A stretch of DNA of 64,000 nt from Amoebidium appalachense (lineage: Eukaryota; Protista; Ichthyosporea): contig CAVNZM010000009.1 in assembly GCA_963693365.1 (NCBI GenBank), forward strand, positions 4,785,146-4,849,145, in the 5' to 3' direction. Made by a program: the position numbers and the translations under genes. Positions within the stretch are counted from its first letter, which is position 1, and every line of letters begins with the position of its first letter. The notes under the pieces are model-generated. The model worked only from the letters and a program-made list of their open reading frames with translations. It was not told the DNA's origin and searched no databases. Positions 57,998-64,000 of this stretch are shown one piece after another.

Positions 57998-58196
57998 CAG
58001 TGGGACCCCCCCATCCCTCCGGGCCCCCCCCTCCTGTCTCTCCCTCCTCCCTCCCTCATCCCCCCCCCCCCCCCCCCAAAAGGGAGGTCCCCCTCTGTAT
58101 ACACCTCCGGTCCTTGCAGTGAGGCTTGGTCCTCATTCATTCTCGGTACGATGTCCTTGTACCACTTCGAATCCCAACCTCCCCCCTTCAAAAACA

Positions 58197-58290
<94 letters not shown>

Positions 58291-58355
58291 ACACTGCCTC
58301 AATGCCTACTACTTCCCTCTCTCTTTTCTATCTTTCGCTCTCTCACTCCCTCTCT

Positions 58356-58394
<39 letters not shown>

Positions 58395-59220
58395 CCCCTC
58401 CCCCCCCTTCCCCCCCCTCTCTCTCCTCCTCTCGAGGCGCCCCCTCTCCCTCGCACTCTCTCCGTCTCTGAGACCCTCTCCTCCTCCCTCCTCTCTCTTG
58501 TGTGTGTGTGTGTGTTGTGTGTTTTTGTGTTTGCGTGCGTGTGTTTGTGTGCGTTGTGTGTTTTGTGTTTGCGTGCGTGTGTTTGTGTGTGTGTGTGTGT
58601 GTGCCCCGGAGTGCACGTGTACCCTAAATCCAAGTGTTTTCTGCAAGTGCAGCTGCATCTGCCGAAGTTGATTGATGTCATTTCAAAACGCTGCACGTCC
58701 CCCGACATGCGCATGGTCTGAATAACAACACCACGCTCGGCGGAAAGTGCGATGCTCATTCGCTTGCTTATTATTTATTCTTGTGTTTACTGCTGTATGT
58801 CATTGAGCAAGATGATACTGATTCTAAACACCGTTACACTCGGACCGTGACACGTGATGCATTGCGTTCAACGCCGAGTCGACATCATCACGGTACGATG
58901 ATATCGATCATGAGCCAAGTTTTATCATCAGTAGCGTGTATGCACAAACAGTATCTGCGCCAGCTGGTGAGTATTCGTAACATCCCCCGAGTCATCCCGC
59001 CACGCCACTGTGTGAGAGTAGTTGGCTATAGTAGTCACACAATGAGGTCAGGAGGCACTACTTTCGAGCTCAGACACGGGCACCTCAGGCCGACGTACGG
59101 ACTGTGATATAATGGCGACATGTCACTGTGGCCCCCACAGCGAGGGCAATATATTCTACAGTAGTCACTTCGAAGTTAGAAAGCTGAGCGAATGGATTGG
59201 CGTAAATAGCAACCTGTGAC

Positions 59221-59536
59221 CAGGGGTGTGGCAGAGCCTCAATGACTTGACTTGACTTATAGTTATAATTGTTTGCTGGGTTTGATGACTTGATTTGACT
59301 TAGAAGTCGCGACTTGGAAGAATACTATTTTCAGTAGCTCATCTGGCCGGCTGGGCCACGGGCGGGCATTGCGCCCCCCTTTCCCACCCTCCCACCTATG
59401 CTTCCCTGCCCAAGCCCCCCTCCCCCCCTCTAGCCTCTCAGGCCTATGTCCGGCCTCATGGCTTGACTTGACTTGGTTGAAGTCAGGTGCTTGGTAACTT
59501 CAAATCGCGACTTGAAGTCAAGTCGCCACACCCCTG
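59221..59536. mobile_element. 316-bp hAT-type MITE
   Basis: 12-bp perfect TIR CAGGGGTGTGGC...GCCACACCCCTG. 8-bp TSD CCTGTGAC (59213-59220) and CCTGTGGC (59537-59544), 7/8 match. Multiple subterminal GACTT/AAGTC motifs. Confidence 0.88.
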
Positions 59537-61027
59537 CCTGTGGCCCCCCCAAACTTTTGTTTTGGCATACGCTGGCTTGAACTTCAGTTGCTTCAGAGAA
59601 ATGATGGTTGGTTTACACGGTCTATATTCGGAGAATCGGAAGTCGTGAGATAAGAGAAAATATCTCAAAAATCAATACCAAAGAAAAACTTGGAAGGAAG
59701 AAACTTTATGTTTTGAAAGTTTGTTTAAGAACACTGACTTTAATGTGTATCAAATGTAAAGATTATGAGGATGACCGAGAAGAGCTGCGCTAGCGCTCCT
59801 GCAGTGCATGTGCCAAATGATGCACGCTGGCGCCGCTGCAAGATTGCAAATGTCCCGAGTCGTTACCAGTTGACAGTCTAGCGTTATTACAACTCATCAC
59901 ACACCTACATGTCGTTAATAAACAGCACATTCCATCCCCTTATCAATATGTCTGCAGTTTGAATGAACGGTGGATCCCGCCAACATATGAAACCGGTCAC
60001 GGATATTGCTCGTACTGGGTAAAAAAGGCAGCGATCTGATAACTTGCTGCTTTTTATCGGATTGGAATGTTTTTCCCTCTGAGGCAGTCTCAGCCATGGC
60101 CCATTGGTCACAGTGCGCAGCGCGCTGCGAGTGCCAGCAACTGCCACTAAGCCGATCCATGGAGACCAAGTTTTTTGAGGGTAGGCATGGGTGCGCGACT
60201 AAACAATATCAGGAGCCCTATACAATCCAATATTATACATGAATAGAGACGTTGAGCTTATAAATTTTAAGAGACTCACTCTTATTGGAGATAAAACAAA
60301 AAAGTGGTCTACAAGATGCCTAACGTTCCTCAGTTCCTGAGTGCCATGGCCCATGCGCATGCATTGGGAATAAAAATTTAACTCTGGTATTCATTTGGAA
60401 TGTACACCGATTGTTTGCTATCAGTAATTGCAACAACTCTAATCGTCAAAGGGCGTGTAGCCTATATATGTCTAAGTACATATACCAATAGCAGGAAATC
60501 AATATGATAAAAGGCTTTGAAGTGAAAAACTTAGCGATAAGGTTTATAAGGGCAGCATTTTGGACGTATACCATTCATTTGGCCCACAGCCTTCTGCAGT
60601 TGAGACCGGTCATTCTACCAAACTTAAAAACCCCAACACTTTGTTGAAAACGCTAGTTTGATTCGCTTAAATTATTATAAGTGACTCTAAATCCATATTT
60701 AAAGCTTACAATCAGGATCTAAATCTGGTGTTTGAGTGTGTTTCTCGAGCACATTCCTTACAGCCCTGTGCAGCGATGCTGTTCGACCAAGCCTTCACCA
60801 GCGTGCCCGTGTCACACACGTTCACACACACGTAGACCGTCCTACTTGCATGGTGTAGTTGTGAGAGGGAAACACGCACGTCTGCACGGCGTGTGAAAAA
60901 CCCTAGTGTTTTTGAGACTCTTCTAGGACTCCGGCTTTCACGCCGGCAGCGCTCTTAGTAAACGACCATTTTTCAATAGGCAGCACAGAAAGAGGGAGGG
61001 AAACACAAACGTGGTAACAAATTGAAA

Positions 61028-63822
61028 ATGAAATCAGCACTTGGTATGCTCGCCGTGGCCTCGGCCGCCTACGGCGCAGTTGTGAATGTTGCGCCAGGCG
61101 CTGGCACTCTTAGCGCAGCCATCGCCTCTGCTAACGATGGAGACATAATCACCCTGTCAAACGGGTTATATTCCGAGACAGCTATTATTGAATTCAACAA
61201 GACAATCTCGATCATCGGTGCGGGCACAGGTTCTGTTGTGTCTGTGAACGGTAACAGTGTTCCCGTTGTGTTCAAGTCCACGTCACTCCAAACCACGTTT
61301 TCCAAGTTTTCCATCTCGAACACAGTCACATCGACCTCTTGCTCCCTTGGGCTGCCCATTGCCCTTCAGGGGAATTTCAGCCTGGCGATTCTTAACCCTA
61401 CCCTGACCGGTGGGGTTGTGAGCTTCACGGGCGACCTGGGCAACTGGTTTGACACCCGCACGGTAAGCATACTCGTTTGACATTCGTATTACTCTTTCGG
61501 CCTTTTTCTTTTTTGGTAGGGAATGGGAGTGAAAGCTAGATGGAGTTCGAATGCTGATGGAGGGACTTTGGACAAAGGTAGCGGCTTTGGTTGTGGTGAG
61601 AGAAAAACAGTGTGAGGGTTTTTATGGTGTTTATTTCACCTTGTCGTTTTAATAACCCAATGCCGTTGAAGCACGCTTTCTAAACTTGCAGAACGCCGTT
61701 TACCTTTCCTTTCCTCCGGTTTGGTCATGGCATTGCTGGTAGATGTGAGTGGTTGTGACTTGGTCATATGTTGGCTGTTTTAGCTTCCCAACAGAGATCT
61801 AAAACACACTTTTTCCCAACAGCTGAACGACTTCAGCTTCGGTGTGTGTAAGCTCTCCACCGACCCAGACAAGCTCAAGGGAGGAAGCTTCCAGCTTGCT
61901 AGCAACTGCCACGGCCAGGTCCCCATCTCCATTGACTTCAGCAAACTGATGAACTGCAACGTTGAGAAGTTCACCACTGATAGGTTCCAGTCCTACCGTG
62001 GCCTGATGGATGCCTCCATGACGGAGTATGTGGAGCATTCCGAGCCCGGAAAGCTCCTGCGTATGCCCCGTACGCGCAAGGGTAATTCGCAGGCCAAGAT
62101 GCTGCTGCAGCTTGACAGGGTTGGAAGGGTCATGGCCTCACTGCGTACTGACTACCTTAATGCTGAGTTGCAGGTCAGTGCCTCGTTTTCTTCGTTGTTA
62201 ATTGTTCTGAAAGGTTTAGCTGGAAATGGGAACTGGGAACTGGCTTTTCGGTTGGAAAGAATGTGCTCAAAGAAAGGATATTTCTACCTGGGTAGTTGTC
62301 TTGCACAGTATTCGACAGCTATCTAAGGGGAGGTTCCTCTTGTTTTGGAAAAAATCCATGATGTTACTATGCTCTACTTTCATGGTAGCTCTTTCTGAAT
62401 ATCTTTTCGCTTCCCTGGCTTCATTCTCACCCCCACATGTTCTTTGTACAGGCCGTCATCACCAAAGTTGACGTGCAGCAGATCAGCGACAACCAGTCCG
62501 TCATCGAGCTTAACGTCACCCTGCCTGCCCCCTACAAGATTATCGGAAACACCAGCGCCATCGTCACCATTTCCAACGGTGATGATTGGCGTGCAGAGGC
62601 CGGAAACTGGTCCATTGTGGGCGGGGTCGAATGCGATGGCCTGGACGTGGGCCAGCTTTGCAACCAGACTGTCCGATTCAACGTTACGGCGTGTGATCTT
62701 ACCGCCACCTACGTCATCACCGAAGTCCCCATCGACTGTATGAACACGGACGCAATGGGTCTTTCGTACGACGGCCGCTGCCCTATCGCGTACCAAAAGG
62801 CAAACATTACGTTCGACATCGACACCAACAACTTCTGCGACGAAGAGGTTTACAACCTCAACGCTCTGTTCGAGCTTGAGATTGTTCTCCGTCCCGACGA
62901 CGGCTCCTACGTGGGAACGCGCCCCGACAACGTTTTCGTCCTTGGCGCCCGTTCTTACTGGACCATCTATATTTGGACCAACTCTACGGGTGTGGGTATT
63001 CGCGATGCTCAGATCATCAACGCCACCCGCACCTCTACCGGCGACTGCTCGCCTTACCCGGGTTACCTCAACGACACCAACCAGCTTCTCCAGACGTTCA
63101 CCAACGCAGAGTACCCCGCGCGCATCAACTTCCCCATGCTTGTGACGAACGCCATGACGTGCACGGACGCCAATGTTCTCTTCGTTAATGTCACGCACAA
63201 CTTCACCGTCCGCGTGGACTATATCGACAGTACATTCCGCCGTCGCCGTCGTGACATTGAGTACAACAATTACGTAGAGGAGTCGTACAAGAACGGATAC
63301 AGCCGCGAGGCCCGCGACACGCGCGAATCCAAGGTGTCTGCCGGCGTCGGCGTCAAGTACACCAAAGAGGACCTTCTGGAGAAGCCCCAGGCCCAGAACA
63401 CCATGGAAGGATCCGGGCCCACCACCGCCACAATCCTTCTGGCAATCTCCGCCGCCCTCTTCTCCCTCGTGTGTTGCTGCTCATGCTGCGTTCTTTGCGG
63501 TGTCGTTGTTAAGCGCCGCCGCCAGCAAAAGGAGAAGGAAGCCCAGTTTGGAACGACTAGCTTCGCTACTTCCGCCCCCAGCGTCGGTTTCTCGACGATG
63601 AAACTCAACGCGCCTTCTGCCGATCAGTTCTCTGCAGGCCAGTCCCGTTTGATTGATCATTTGTCGCGCCAGCAGCAAAACATGAACTCCCCTAGCTCGT
63701 TTGGGCCCGTCACCATGGCTACGTCCTTGACTACGGCTCAGCCCGCAAAGGGCCTTCGTGTGGCTAGCATGTCTGGTTTCACTGCAACCAACGACCAGAT
63801 GAGGGGCAGTTTCCGCAAGTAG
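61028..63822 (+). CDS. Type I membrane or secreted protein: signal peptide, beta-helix N-cap, Cys-containing beta domains (ZP-module-like), polybasic cleavage site, TM helix; exons 61028-61462, 61823-62173, 62452-63822; about 718 aa
   Basis: Signal MKSALGMLAVASAAYG; TLSAAIASANDGDIITLSNGLYSE..IEFNKTISIIG is a pectin-lyase-fold cap. Two phase-0 GT-AG introns (alternative acceptor at 61783). Many N-x-S/T sequons, FRRRRRD, TM ILLAISAALFSLVCCCSCCVLCGVVV, then KRRR. Confidence 0.85.
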
Positions 63823-64000
63823 AGAGTCTATCAAAAGGCCATGTCGCTATATATAGGACATGATGCTATTACAGACTGGTCAGTTGGGCCAGGTGCATTA
63901 CTTGTGTGTGGTACTTACTAGTGCCCATGCTTAGCGGAGAGTGTCTGGAAGCTTTATTTGTGTGTAATGTAACTTGTCGCTGACTTAGCCTAATATGGGA

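Noticed and set aside
62380-63198. 272-aa antisense ORF over the ZP-like gene
   Set aside because: Shadow ORF caused by codon bias of the sense gene.

Overview
Eukaryotic genomic DNA with spliceosomal GT-AG introns; the pyruvate kinase type suggests an opisthokont-like host (inference). The two ends of the window (about 1-4.5 kb and 58.7-64 kb) are ordinary sequence with short introns. The middle is saturated with G/C homopolymers and (CA)n, (GA)n and (GCGT)n repeats, so most ORFs in the track are low-complexity artefacts. Five genes can be assembled by hand: a single-C2H2-finger protein (+), an F-box/LRR-like gene (-), a multi-AP2-domain protein (-), an 11-exon divergent pyruvate kinase (+), and a membrane protein with a beta-helix cap and ZP-module-like architecture (+). 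There are also two MITEs with TSDs (one inserted in the F-box last exon and rewriting its C-terminus) and two dispersed repeat families. The most unusual signal is repeated local duplication of the pyruvate kinase splice junctions into adjacent introns; one set could create a new intron without changing the protein. Acceptors sitting directly on (CA)n tracts and expansion of short G/C seeds into long homopolymers also stand out. Frameshifts in the three repeat-embedded genes may be assembly errors.
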